From Chthoniobacterales bacterium (GTDB lineage Bacteria > Verrucomicrobiota > Verrucomicrobiia > Chthoniobacterales > JACTMZ01), in the NCBI GenBank assembly GCA_044359955.1, contig JBIKLF010000006.1, forward strand, positions 2,494 through 66,493: a stretch of DNA of 64,000 bases. Reading direction: 5' to 3'. Below the pieces are notes generated by a model that saw only the letters and a program-made list of their open reading frames with translations, was not told where the DNA came from and did no database searches. Each line of letters opens with the position of its first letter. Within the stretch, counting starts at the first letter, position 1. The position numbers and the translations under genes are program-made. Below are positions 27,265 to 36,443 of this stretch, piece by piece.

Positions 27265-27427
27265 AAAAAAGACAGGCCACCGATGAAAGAAGATGAAAGA
27301 GGATTGTTTCTGGCCGGGTGACCCCGGCCACAAACAGGTCATCTCTGCCGGAACGAATAGTCTCCAGCCGGGGTCACACGGCTGGAGACCATCTTCTTAA
27401 ATCCTCTTCAATCCGTGGCTAAAAAAA
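27265..27427. repeat. family C MITE-like element, diverged copy
   Basis: TIRs GGCCACCGATGAAAGAAGATG (27274..) and ATCCTCTTCAATCCGTGGC (27401..27419), with a different internal hairpin. Confidence 0.7.
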
Positions 27428-27484
27428 TTCCGTCACTCGCCACACGTCACTCGTCACAAATCGGCGTGTCGCTCCGCCGATTCT

Positions 27485-27793
27485 TCACGCCGCTTGCAAC
27501 GCGTCCGGATTTTTCCTCGCCACGGCCAGGAGGCGCAAAGCGGCGCCGCTCGGCTTACGGGTGCCGTTCTCCCACGACACCGCCGTCACCTTGGGCACAT
27601 TAAGTAGCGCGGCGAACTCCGACTGCGTGCAGCCGAGCTTGGCGCGCGTCTCGCGAATGACACGTGCGGAAATTGCTTTGACCGGCGGCGGAATGGTCAC
27701 GCGGCGGACCCGTGCCCGCTCCTTTCCCGCGGCAAAACGCTCCACGCGGCCCACGAGTTCATTGATGTCGAATGCGATTTCGGTCTTTTTCAT
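27485..27793 (-). CDS. HTH XRE-type antitoxin (HigA-2/COG2944-like)
   Basis: 102 aa. IRETRAKLGCTQSEFAALLNVPKVTAVSWENGTRKPSGAALRLL. 4-nt overlap with the upstream toxin gene. Confidence 0.8.
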   Translation of the reverse strand: MKKTEIAFDINELVGRVERFAAGKERARVRRVTIPPPVKAISARVIRETRAKLGCTQSEFAALLNVPKVTAVSWENGTRKPSGAALRLLAVARKNPDALQAA

Positions 27794-28125
27794 CGGTTGT
27801 ATTGTTGCTTGATGGTTTCCACCGCGGCACGCAACCGCGCCAGGTCCTCCGGCGCGATGTTGGCTTTGGTTGATTTCGTGTAGAGCATGAAGAAAATAAA
27901 TCGTCGCGCCCGCGGCAGCCACAGGTAGATCACCCGGGCGCCGCCGCTTTTGCCGCGACCCGACAGTTTCATTCTCGCTTTGCGCAGCCCTCCCGAGTGG
28001 CGGATCAAATCCCCGGCCTCCGGACGGCCGGCCAATGCCAGTTGGAACTCCCGCAGGACTTCCTCATCGGCAACGCGAAGCAATTCACGGGTGAACGCAT
28101 CGAGTTCCACGAAGCTGAAATCCAT
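27790..28125 (-). CDS. RelE/HigB-2-like toxin
   Basis: 111 aa. GGLRKARMKLSGRGKSGGARVIY...YTKSTKANI matches the HigB-2/DUF1044 pattern. The toxin-first gene order is typical of HigBA modules. Confidence 0.8.
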   Translation of the reverse strand: MDFSFVELDAFTRELLRVADEEVLREFQLALAGRPEAGDLIRHSGGLRKARMKLSGRGKSGGARVIYLWLPRARRFIFFMLYTKSTKANIAPEDLARLRAAVETIKQQYNR

Positions 28126-28524
28126 AAACGTAACTTATACCATGTATAACCAGTGGTCAACCCCCGTTCGGCTATCCACCTGCAACGCACGCCGTAACGA
28201 GCTGGTGGTCGCGCAGAAAAAACGCCAGCGGAAAGGTCTGACCCCCTCTCAACGGTTCCGGTGACCCCTTCACTCACACTCACACTCAAACTCAAGTCTC
28301 CGCCCTGGCCGTTCCCCTCCATCTCTCACAAACAAAAAGCCAGGCCACAGCCGGGGCCGTAGCGGAACCGAGCAAAAGCGAGATGGCCCAAGGGCAAACA
28401 GACAGCTCGAAGACCTGAACGAAGCATTCAATTGGCAAAAGATTATTTTTGGCCGGGTGACTGGTGCCGATCGACCTCTGGCCTTATCCCAAGTCCCGAA
28501 AGATTTCAGACTTCGCCGGCTGAG

Positions 28525-28589
28525 TTAGGGACGAGCGGCTCGCTCGTGCGCTCCCTCTCCCACGGACACGCGAGCCGCGTGTCCCTACC
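28525..28589. repeat. family A hairpin repeat
   Basis: GTTAGGGACGAGCGGCTCGCTCGTGC...CACGGACACGCGAGCCGCGTGTCCCTACC. Confidence 0.8.
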
Positions 28590-28773
28590 CTCGGAACCTT
28601 CTCCGACCGTCCATTTTCTTTTCCGGTTTGGTATGAAACCAAGGGCCCATCGCCTGAAGCTTATGGACGTCTGCCCAATCAATGGGGAACGGCGTTCCAC
28701 CCGTTTTCTTGCAAACGGCACCGGCGGGCGGAGCATGCGGCGGAAGGGGAACCCGGAGAACTCGGCGGAAAGC

Positions 28774-28799
28774 AAAACGCCCGTCGAGGCGGGCGTTTT
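28774..28799. terminator. intrinsic terminator downstream of the PEP-CTERM gene
   Basis: AAAACGCCCGtcgaggCGGGCGTTTT: a 7-bp GC stem flanked by A4 and T4 runs. Ends 24 nt before the stop at 28823. Confidence 0.7.
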
Positions 28800-28822
28800 A
28801 GTGAAATGATGTATGTGCACGT

Positions 28823-29500
28823 TTAGCGGCGACGGCGGCGGATGACGTAACCGGCGAAACCCGCTCCGGCCAAGGCGAGCATAGCGTAGGCCGAGGGTTC
28901 GGGCACGGCGGAGATGGTAATGTCATCGATGCGTGATGCTCCAGCAGTGCTGCTGGGACCCGAATCGGCTACCAGCCGAAAATAAACGTCCGCTTGGTTG
29001 TCGATCGAATTTATGGAAGTAAGATCGGCCGTAAAGACCGAGGCAATGTTGGTGGTAGAACTGTTCCATTCGTTTGTCGCAGGTGCATAATTGGTGAATG
29101 TCGTAAAAGCCGAACCGTTCGTGCTGTAGCTAAGGGAAAAATTAGCGGGTCCGGTGCTGGTTCGAAACTGCGACCAAGTGATGCCGATATTGCTTAAAGT
29201 AAGGGTGCTAAACTGAAACTGAAAATAATCACCAATAGTCCAGCGGTTAGCGCTCAAAGAGTTTGCAGAGCCATTGCCAGCCGGAGAAGACCAAACGGTG
29301 TTGTTTGAGGCGTGAACCGCGGTTAACAAACCGGTTCCACCATTGTCGGCGGAATAAGACCCTGAAGAGGGAAAAGTCGAGTTGGTCAGGTTGACAGTTA
29401 AGGGGTCAGGTTCGAAATCCCAGCTTGCGATTATAGTCTGCGCCCGAGTAGCGAGAGTTGTGAGCGCGAGCACTGCGAGTGTCGGAAGAAGATTTTTCAT
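28823..29500 (-). CDS. PEP-CTERM sorting-domain secreted protein
   Basis: Signal peptide MKNLLPTLAVLALTTLATRA. C-terminal VPEPSAYAMLALAGAGFAGYVIRRRRR (PEP motif, TM helix, Arg cluster). Ser/Thr/Asn-rich body. Confidence 0.88.
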   Translation of the reverse strand: MKNLLPTLAVLALTTLATRAQTIIASWDFEPDPLTVNLTNSTFPSSGSYSADNGGTGLLTAVHASNNTVWSSPAGNGSANSLSANRWTIGDYFQFQFSTLTLSNIGITWSQFRTSTGPANFSLSYSTNGSAFTTFTNYAPATNEWNSSTTNIASVFTADLTSINSIDNQADVYFRLVADSGPSSTAGASRIDDITISAVPEPSAYAMLALAGAGFAGYVIRRRRR

Positions 29501-29953
29501 GGCTGTTTTTTTGGTGTAGAGCTTTGGATAAAGAGAACCTTCGGGCCAAGTGCAAACTCAACCGACCACGAAGCTGGCGCAAGCCAAAAACCACATATGA
29601 CGGAATCGTCACATAAGCGCTCGGGTTGAGGGGGTTATCCCTGGCATTTACAGCCCGCCTGAAGCCCCATGAGCAAAGGATTCGCGGCGATTGGGACGAA
29701 CGTTTCACACCATAAACTGTCCTGCTCGGGCGGAATCTTGACCGGGCTAGTGAGGAAACAAATAGCAGGGAGCTGGGAGCGTGGAGCAGGGAGCCGGACG
29801 GAACGCGGCGGGGGCGCGGGTGGTATGTGGTGGCATCGGCATCTTGCCGATGTTGTCGGGGTCATGGGCAGGATGCCCATGCCACGTTTTGCCGCGGGGC
29901 CAAGGGTCACGCTCGATGCGGCGGCTCTGACAATCTTGTGCGGTGGAAATTTT

Positions 29954-31111
29954 TCAAAGCGGCGGCAGATCGTCGAGCAACCTCGTCAATGCCACCGCGC
30001 GCAGGCGGGGGCCGAGCTCGAAGGTCTGGTCGCCGGCATGCACGACATCCAAACGCACGAGCTGCAAATCATCCAGAGCGTGCTGCATCGAGGGGGTGAC
30101 CCGGGGCGCGACCGTGCGCTTGATTTCAAAGCCGTAGCGCCGCCGGCCGCGCACCACGAGCAAATCGAGTTCGGCCCCGGCATGCGTGGCCCAGAAAAAA
30201 CACTCCTCCGGACGCGCCGCCAGCCGCCGCACGATTTGCTCTATGACAAATCCTTCCCACGAGGCCCCGCACTTCGGATGAGCCTCGACGTCGGCCTCTT
30301 CCGGAAGATTCAACAAGGCGTGGAACACTCCGCTGTCGGCAATGTAGACTTTGGGCGCTTTGACCTGCCTTTTGGCAATGTTCACATGCCAAGGCGGCAG
30401 GAGGCGCACCGCAAAAGCGGCGGCCAGACGGTCCAGGTAGCCCCGCACCGTTGTATCGGCCACCCCGAATGAGCGCGCCAACTCCGAGGAGTTCCAAGTC
30501 TGTCCATGATAGTGGGCCAACATGGTCCAGAAGCGGCGCATGGTGGAGGGCGAAGTGCGGATTCCGAGAGCCGGCAGATCCCTTTCCAGAAACGTGCGGA
30601 TATACCCCAAGCGCACCTCGAAGCTTTCGCGAGCCGATCGGGCCAGAAAGGAACGCGGCAACCCGCCCCGCACCCACCGCCGCCCGGACTGCCGCATCCC
30701 GGTGTCGGCCAGCGAGAGTCCACCCAACTCCTGATAGTAAATCCTCCCGGCTAAAGATTCCGAAGTGCGTTGCAACAGTTCCGGCGTGGCGCTGCCCAGC
30801 AGGAGAAAACGCGCCGGATTGGGCCGGCGGTCGGCCAGCACCCTGAGCACCGGAAAGAGATCCGGCTGTCTCTGGATTTCATCAATCACCACCAACCCCC
30901 GCAGCGGTCTCAAGGCCAGCATCGCATCGGCCAAACGCGCCTCATCTTGCGGGTTCTCCAGATCCAGAAAATGTCCGCCGCGGGACCTTTTGCGCAGATA
31001 ATCCTTGGCCAAAGTGGTCTTGCCCACCTGCCGCGCCCCGACCAAGGCCACAATGCGATGCCTCTGCAGCAATCCGTGCAATTCGGCCAGATCGGCAGTC
31101 CTGGAAATCAT
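29954..31111 (-). CDS. AAA+ ATPase with DUF4143 domain
   Basis: Walker A GARQVGKTT and Walker B LVVIDEIQ. A DUF4143-like C-terminal part (WEGFVIEQI...). ATG 31111 is preferred over the track TTG 31117. Confidence 0.85.
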   Translation of the reverse strand: MISRTADLAELHGLLQRHRIVALVGARQVGKTTLAKDYLRKRSRGGHFLDLENPQDEARLADAMLALRPLRGLVVIDEIQRQPDLFPVLRVLADRRPNPARFLLLGSATPELLQRTSESLAGRIYYQELGGLSLADTGMRQSGRRWVRGGLPRSFLARSARESFEVRLGYIRTFLERDLPALGIRTSPSTMRRFWTMLAHYHGQTWNSSELARSFGVADTTVRGYLDRLAAAFAVRLLPPWHVNIAKRQVKAPKVYIADSGVFHALLNLPEEADVEAHPKCGASWEGFVIEQIVRRLAARPEECFFWATHAGAELDLLVVRGRRRYGFEIKRTVAPRVTPSMQHALDDLQLVRLDVVHAGDQTFELGPRLRAVALTRLLDDLPPL

Positions 31112-31123
31112 GGGCAAAGCCTA

Positions 31124-31160
31124 CCTTGAAAATTCGGTTGGTTCAACCGAATTTTCAAGG
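31124..31160. promoter_or_regulatory. perfect 17-bp-arm palindrome CCTTGAAAATTCGGTTG-gtt-CAACCGAATTTTCAAGG next to the ATPase start
   Basis: AT-rich, unlike the surrounding sequence. Lies 12 nt upstream of ATG 31111 on the minus strand and is followed by TTTT on the plus strand. Confidence 0.5.
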
Positions 31161-31397
31161 TTTTGCAACCCGCCTTACCCCTGCTCCCTCATGGGCTTTT
31201 GTTGGTGGCGCGTCCTCTTATTTGCGAGTGCTGGGGCGTGGTTTGCAGACGTCCACCGGCGGGGGCGCCGGTGGCAACAGCCGAGGGCGGCTGTGGTCTC
31301 CGGGAGCCTCCGAACTCGTCACACGTCACACGCCACACGTCACTTCTTCCCTCGCCCCATCTTGCGTGTGGTGCGAGCCAGGCGTAGCTTTAATTTT

Positions 31398-31619
31398 GTG
31401 ACCGCGGCGGAAATCATTGCCGAGATCGAGCATCTACCGGCCGACGAGCGGGCCAAGGTGGTCGCCTTCGCGCAACACTTGGGCGAGAGCGCCATGTTGT
31501 CGGGCGCCGAGTTGTCCAAACTCGCGGGTCGTCTGGCCGACGGCACGCATCCGGCGGAAGCGGCACGATTGCGCGAAGAGATCGAAAAGGGATTTTACGG
31601 CGCGTCGTCCCATGCCTGA
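31398..31619 (+). CDS. putative addiction-module antitoxin component (TIGR02574-like)
   Basis: 73 aa, GTG start. TAAEIIAEIEHLPADERAKVVAFAQHL resembles the addiction-module component family. 8-nt overlap with the next ORF. Confidence 0.55.
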   Translation: MTAAEIIAEIEHLPADERAKVVAFAQHLGESAMLSGAELSKLAGRLADGTHPAEAARLREEIEKGFYGASSHA

Positions 31620-31857
31620 AGTCCGACGGCATGCGTTGCCGAGCGCCGTTTTCAGGCATCTTCTCGATCGGGTGGAAGAGCGCGCCATTCCCGCGGAAGA
31701 GCTCGGTTTGCTAGCTGACTGGCTGGATACCAATCCCATCGTGCCATCCGGCCAATGGTTCAAGCGGCTTCCGGAAATGACCATCTGCGGCGAAGGCGAG
31801 TTGGTGAAAACAGTTCTCTCCAAGGGTCAGAGCCCGTTCAGAGAAGAGGTCGTTTGA
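31612..31857 (+). CDS. hypothetical 81-aa protein, second gene of a two-gene cassette
   Basis: MPEVRRHALPSAVFRHLLDRVEERAIP...WFKRLPEMTICGEGELVKTVL. Translationally coupled to 31398..31619. No family recognised. Confidence 0.5.
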   Translation: MPEVRRHALPSAVFRHLLDRVEERAIPAEELGLLADWLDTNPIVPSGQWFKRLPEMTICGEGELVKTVLSKGQSPFREEVV

Positions 31858-32699
31858 CGTCAAGGATCGCGGTCCCGGGGAGCACACGCGCCTCGCGTGT
31901 GGCGCCGTGTGCCCTCGCGCGGCGACGAGATAGTATGGAGCGCAGAGGCAAACGGCCGTGGCCGAGGATCCGCACGCGGGCGGACAGGCTGTGCCGCACC
32001 ATGGGGTGACATCGGCATCTTGCCGATGGTGATGGGAATCATTGGCAGGATGCCAATGCCACGTTTCTGGCGTGTGGCGCGCGCTGGGGCACGGAAAAGT
32101 GGCGGGTGGCGGGGTGACAGTTTATTCCGCCGGCAAAGACTCGTTCGTGGCCGAGGTCACGCGGCCACGAACAATCCTCTGTCATCTTCTTCCATCGGTG
32201 GCTTGTCTTTCGCTCGAGAAAGGTTCCGGCGCTCACATCAGTTGGCTTCGCTTTGCTTCAGCCCGTCTCGCCAAGCCTCGGCTGAGCGCCGCGACAAAAA
32301 CTCGTCACACGTCACACGTCACTTCTTCCCTCCGTGGCTTGGCTTTTGGTTGGTCGAGCGCCGGATGAAAAAGCGGCGTCAAGCCGCCGCACTCCAAAAT
32401 GGGTGCTGGCGGTTCGCCTCTTCTCCTATCTTCTCTCCTCGGTGGCTTGTCTTTTGGTGGAAGAAGGCACCGACGGTCACAGACCGCCGCGACAATTTCT
32501 CGTCGAGGTGTAGCGGTGCTCAAGCGCAGGAGCCCGGGTTTGTCAAAGCGCCGTGCAGGGTGATTGGCCCGGTAGGGACACGCGGTTCGCGCGTCCGTTT
32601 CTTTTTAAAGCGGGCCAGCGAGCCGCTCGCCCCGACCCCGGATCACGGTTGCGGCCGGTGGAAGCTGGTTGAATATCGCGCCGGGGCGGCGCGATCCAT

Positions 32700-34766
32700 T
32701 TACTTCTCCGCTGCCTCGCGGAGGCGGCGATAAACCTCGGCGAACTGGCCGCCGTTCTTGAGGCCGTCGTCGGCCAAGGCGAGGGCTTCTTTTTTTTGGC
32801 CGGTCTTGAGGTAGGACAAAACTAGCGCCTGGTCGGTGGCGACCAGGTCTTCACCTTGCATCTTGGGACGCGCGGCGAGGAGGAACGGGATGGCCTCGGA
32901 CCATTCGCCGCGCAACTGACCGAGCCGTCCGATGTAGCGCTCGGTCAGTCCGCTTTCGGAAGAGCCGTGAGTGAGGAGAAATTTCCCCTGGGCCATGGCT
33001 TCGGCCGCGGCCGCGAGTGATGACTCGTCGAGTGCGCCGTCGATTTTCTCGCGGCAGGCGAGGGCGAAGTAAACGTATTCGAGATGCCACGCGGTGTAGT
33101 CAGGGACTTGGCCCGCGGCGATTTCGTAGAGGTCGAGGGCTTCTTCGGTTTGGCCTTCGCGCAGCAGAATGCGGGCCACCAGGCCGGTGAGCGGACGGAG
33201 CCCGCCGGCATTCGGACGGAGGGCCTGCCACTCGCGGGCGGCGGCCAGCACACCGGAGGACATTTCTTCTTCGGCCTCGCGGCAGAGTTCGGCAAAGACG
33301 TCATAGGCGGACGCATTGGTTTTTTTCATGAACGGCACGCCGAAGAGGACGCGCAGGGTGTGGTTGACGCGGTAATCATCGTAGCGGTTGGTGCCGAGGG
33401 CGGTGGCGTAGGCTTCGTCCTCCTGCACCAGACCCAGTTCGTCGGGGCCGAGTTGGAGGGGTCCGGCAAGATTGACCATCGCGCCGACCATGGAGCGGGC
33501 GGCGCGGGCTTGGCCGGAGAGCGAAAGATGGACGTGGTCGTCGAGCAATTCCCAACCGGTCGCGCCGTCGGGACTTTCTTTGCGGAAAATTTCCGCCACG
33601 TCGCAAAAAACCGCGCCACGGACCAGCGCCGTATTGCGGATGGCCTGCTCGGTCAGCGAGATGGGACGCCACGGCATGGTGTCAAGGTCCCGGGCGGCCA
33701 GAAATGCCGTGCGCGCGGGATCAGCCTGACCGCCCCGGGCCAGCACTTGGCCGAGGAGGAAGCGCACGCGGGCGTGGCGCGGGGCGATTTGCACGGCCTG
33801 GCGGAGGAGATTGACGGCCTGCGGGAAGTCATCGGCCTCGGCCGCCTCGGCCGCCTCGCCCATGAGGCGCTTGAGTTCGCGTTGCTGCTTTTCATCGAGA
33901 CCGGCGACGTCGTCCTCACCAAGCGGGGCGAGTCCGGATTCGTTGCTTGCCGTGGTGCAGACGATGGCAGGCACACCCGCGGCACGCACCTCGTCAAGCA
34001 TGGTGCCGAGGTTGGCCGCGAGATTGCGCACCGCGGCCTCGCGCAAGGGTGAGTCGGCCGGGATGACGGTCTGGCCGATCATTTCTTCCATGAGGCTCTG
34101 GTTTTCGTCCGCCCCGCGAGAGAGCCAGCTGTCGAGCACCTGCACGAGGGCAAGGCCACGCGCGGCGCGCAGCCCGCGCAGGGCCCACGGCGGGAGGGAA
34201 CCGGCGGCGTTGATCGAGGCGGTGCCATAGGCGCCGAAGAATTCGTTGTTGCCGGTGTAGAATATGAAGAGGTCGGGGGCGTAACGCAGCGCGTCGCGGA
34301 CTTGGTAAACGAGCGGGAAGCTGGCCACGGCGGTGGTGCCGAGATTGATCACCTCCACGTTCTTCTCCGGCCACGCATCGGCCAGCATGGCTTGGAGGAA
34401 GGATGACATTCCGAGGTTGCGCGGCTGCGGGTAGCCTTTGGCCGCGGATTCGCCGACGAGAAAAATGCGGACGGTATCTGCTGGCTTGGGCAGGAGAAAA
34501 TTTGTCTGGTCGGCGTCGCCGGGCCGCGTGGGGTTGGCGAAAAAGTAGGGCTTCGCGGCGGCGGGTTCGACCATGCAAAGCTGGGCGCCGGACGGCAACC
34601 TTCCCGCCTCTCGAATCCAAGCCGGGTAGCCACCCCAACCGAAGAGACGGAGGATCAACTCCGTGCTGGCCAGCGCGAGAAAAGGAAGTGCGATCGTGAT
34701 GGCGATGAACAGCCGCCGCTGGGCCGGCGTCAGGGGGATGCGATCGGTTGGTGGTTTCTTCACCAT
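32700..34766 (-). CDS. SGNH/GDSL-like hydrolase domain protein with C-terminal TPR repeats, N-terminal membrane anchor
   Basis: 688 aa. TM segment LFIAITIALPFLALAS. The FLVGESAAKG block I-like motif and YTGNNEF block. A helical-repeat, Ala/Leu-rich C-terminal half. Confidence 0.7.
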   Translation of the reverse strand: MVKKPPTDRIPLTPAQRRLFIAITIALPFLALASTELILRLFGWGGYPAWIREAGRLPSGAQLCMVEPAAAKPYFFANPTRPGDADQTNFLLPKPADTVRIFLVGESAAKGYPQPRNLGMSSFLQAMLADAWPEKNVEVINLGTTAVASFPLVYQVRDALRYAPDLFIFYTGNNEFFGAYGTASINAAGSLPPWALRGLRAARGLALVQVLDSWLSRGADENQSLMEEMIGQTVIPADSPLREAAVRNLAANLGTMLDEVRAAGVPAIVCTTASNESGLAPLGEDDVAGLDEKQQRELKRLMGEAAEAAEADDFPQAVNLLRQAVQIAPRHARVRFLLGQVLARGGQADPARTAFLAARDLDTMPWRPISLTEQAIRNTALVRGAVFCDVAEIFRKESPDGATGWELLDDHVHLSLSGQARAARSMVGAMVNLAGPLQLGPDELGLVQEDEAYATALGTNRYDDYRVNHTLRVLFGVPFMKKTNASAYDVFAELCREAEEEMSSGVLAAAREWQALRPNAGGLRPLTGLVARILLREGQTEEALDLYEIAAGQVPDYTAWHLEYVYFALACREKIDGALDESSLAAAAEAMAQGKFLLTHGSSESGLTERYIGRLGQLRGEWSEAIPFLLAARPKMQGEDLVATDQALVLSYLKTGQKKEALALADDGLKNGGQFAEVYRRLREAAEK

Positions 34767-35077
34767 GGGCGCGGAACATTACGCCGGAACGGGGCGGCGT
34801 CCAATGCCAGGTGCTGTAGGTTGCACCGGCGAATCGCGATCTCCGAGCGCGATGACCGCCGTCATCAAATCGCGCCGAACCGGAACGCAGCGGAGATTGC
34901 CCAAAGTCCCTGAACCCGCACGTTGGCAGGTGTGTGCTGGGAGTAACTGGGGCTACCATCACTACCAGGGGCAAAGGCACCGACGCTCATAGAGCGCCGC
35001 TACATCTCGACGAGAACTTGTAGCGGCGGTCTATGACCGTCGGTGCCTAAAAACACTTCGAGTTAATCGGAAGGCGT

Positions 35078-35306
35078 ATTCATGCAGTCGGAGACGCAAT
35101 AAAAGCGCGGCTTGGCTCGGTTTTTCCAGGGGGCATGGCCGTCCCGGCCGTGTTGTCTGATCGTGACGGGCTCAGCATTTGCAGACTTAGGTAGGGACGC
35201 GCGACTCGCGCTTCCGTTGGTTGGGGAGCGGACGAGCGGGCCGCTCGTCCCTACCTTCTGCTGCAGCCCGTCCATCGCCGCGGGTTCTGCATCGTTCCGG
35301 CTTAGG
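35078..35306. repeat. ~220-bp composite repeat, copy 1 (31-mer, GGCTTGGCTCGG body, family A double hairpin, CTGCATCGTTCCGGCTTAGG tail)
   Basis: Near-identical to 46077..46291. The 31-mer 35078..35108 is the exact reverse complement of 45952..45982. The PHP gene stop (35302..35304) lies in the tail. Confidence 0.85.
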
Positions 35307-36018
35307 AGGAGGCCTCCTCAGGGTGGGCCGCGCGTTTTTTACGGCGCAGGCGGAACCAATTGTTCCAGGTCTTGCGGATGGTCTGGCGGGTGCTGAGGTA
35401 TTGCTGCTCCAGCTCGGTGCCGCGCTGCATCGCCTCGAGCACGCCGCGCACGCTGAAGTCGGCGGTCTCGAAGACGGTGCAGGCCACGCCAACCGCCCCC
35501 GCATGATGCGCATCGCTCCCGGCGGTCATGGGGAGCCCGCGTTGCTGCGCGTAGTTGTAGGCTTTGCGGTTGTGGCGCTTGAGCGTCGTCGCCGCATTGA
35601 AAACCTCGAGTCCATCGAGCGGCAACGCATCGAGCACCGACTCCCGGATGCCGGCCCGGAACAAGTCATAAGGATGCGGCGCCACGGCAATCCCGCCGGC
35701 CTCGTGGGCCAGCCGGCAAACTTCAGCGGAGGGCAAACCCTTCAACGACGAGGGCAGCGTGCAGCCGAGGCAGAGCAAATGACCGTCGGCCGTGGTGACC
35801 TCGATGCCGGGAACAATGAGCAAGCCGTCGACCGGTTGACCGTCGGCACGCATCAGACCGCGCTCCGTCATGTAACCAACCGCGTCGCACGTGTTGTGGT
35901 CGGTGATGGCAAAACCGTTGAGCCCGGCGGCCCGCGCCGCGGCAACCAAATCCTCCGGACTGCTCACGCCGTCGGCGGAGAAGAACGAATGGACATGGAG
36001 ATCAATACGGAGGGTCAT
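35302..36018 (-). CDS. PHP-domain metal-dependent phosphoesterase
   Basis: 238 aa. IDLHVHSFFSADG, AITDHN and GSDAHH metal-binding motifs. Confidence 0.85.
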   Translation of the reverse strand: MTLRIDLHVHSFFSADGVSSPEDLVAAARAAGLNGFAITDHNTCDAVGYMTERGLMRADGQPVDGLLIVPGIEVTTADGHLLCLGCTLPSSLKGLPSAEVCRLAHEAGGIAVAPHPYDLFRAGIRESVLDALPLDGLEVFNAATTLKRHNRKAYNYAQQRGLPMTAGSDAHHAGAVGVACTVFETADFSVRGVLEAMQRGTELEQQYLSTRQTIRKTWNNWFRLRRKKRAAHPEEASS

Positions 36019-36093
36019 ACGGCGGCGCTAGGCCGCCAAGTGTTCAGTTTTCAGTTTTCAGTGTCCAGTGGATCCGGCGACGGACTCGCCGGC

Positions 36094-36357
36094 GTTTTGG
36101 AGTGCGCCGGCTGGACGGCGCTTTTGTTTTCCCCGCCGGGGAGCCGATACCCCCGAGCCCTTCAACCCGCGCGTCGGCGGGTGTGTGCCGGGAGTAACTG
36201 GGGGGCGAAGCCCCGGGGGAAAGGCATCTCGCCCGTTTTCCGAAAAACCATGCGGGCGGGAAGCCCTTGTCCCCTGCCCGAACCACAAGCTGGGGGGTCC
36301 GCCATAACTTGAGTCACTCGGAAGCCAAAGCGGCGTCCAGCCGCCGCACTCCAAAAG
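36094..36357. repeat. pair of inverted REP family B units bracketing ~200 bp
   Basis: GTTTTGGAGTGCGCCGGCTGGACGGCGCTTTTG (36094..36126) and CCAAAGCGGCGTCCAGCCGCCGCACTCCAAAAG (36325..36357). Confidence 0.8.
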
Positions 36358-36443
36358 ACTGAACACTCCGCGCCGCGGCCCTGCGGCCGCGGCGCGGATC
36401 CGTTCTTGCCCCGATCGCGCCCGCTGTTATCCATTCGCCTTGC

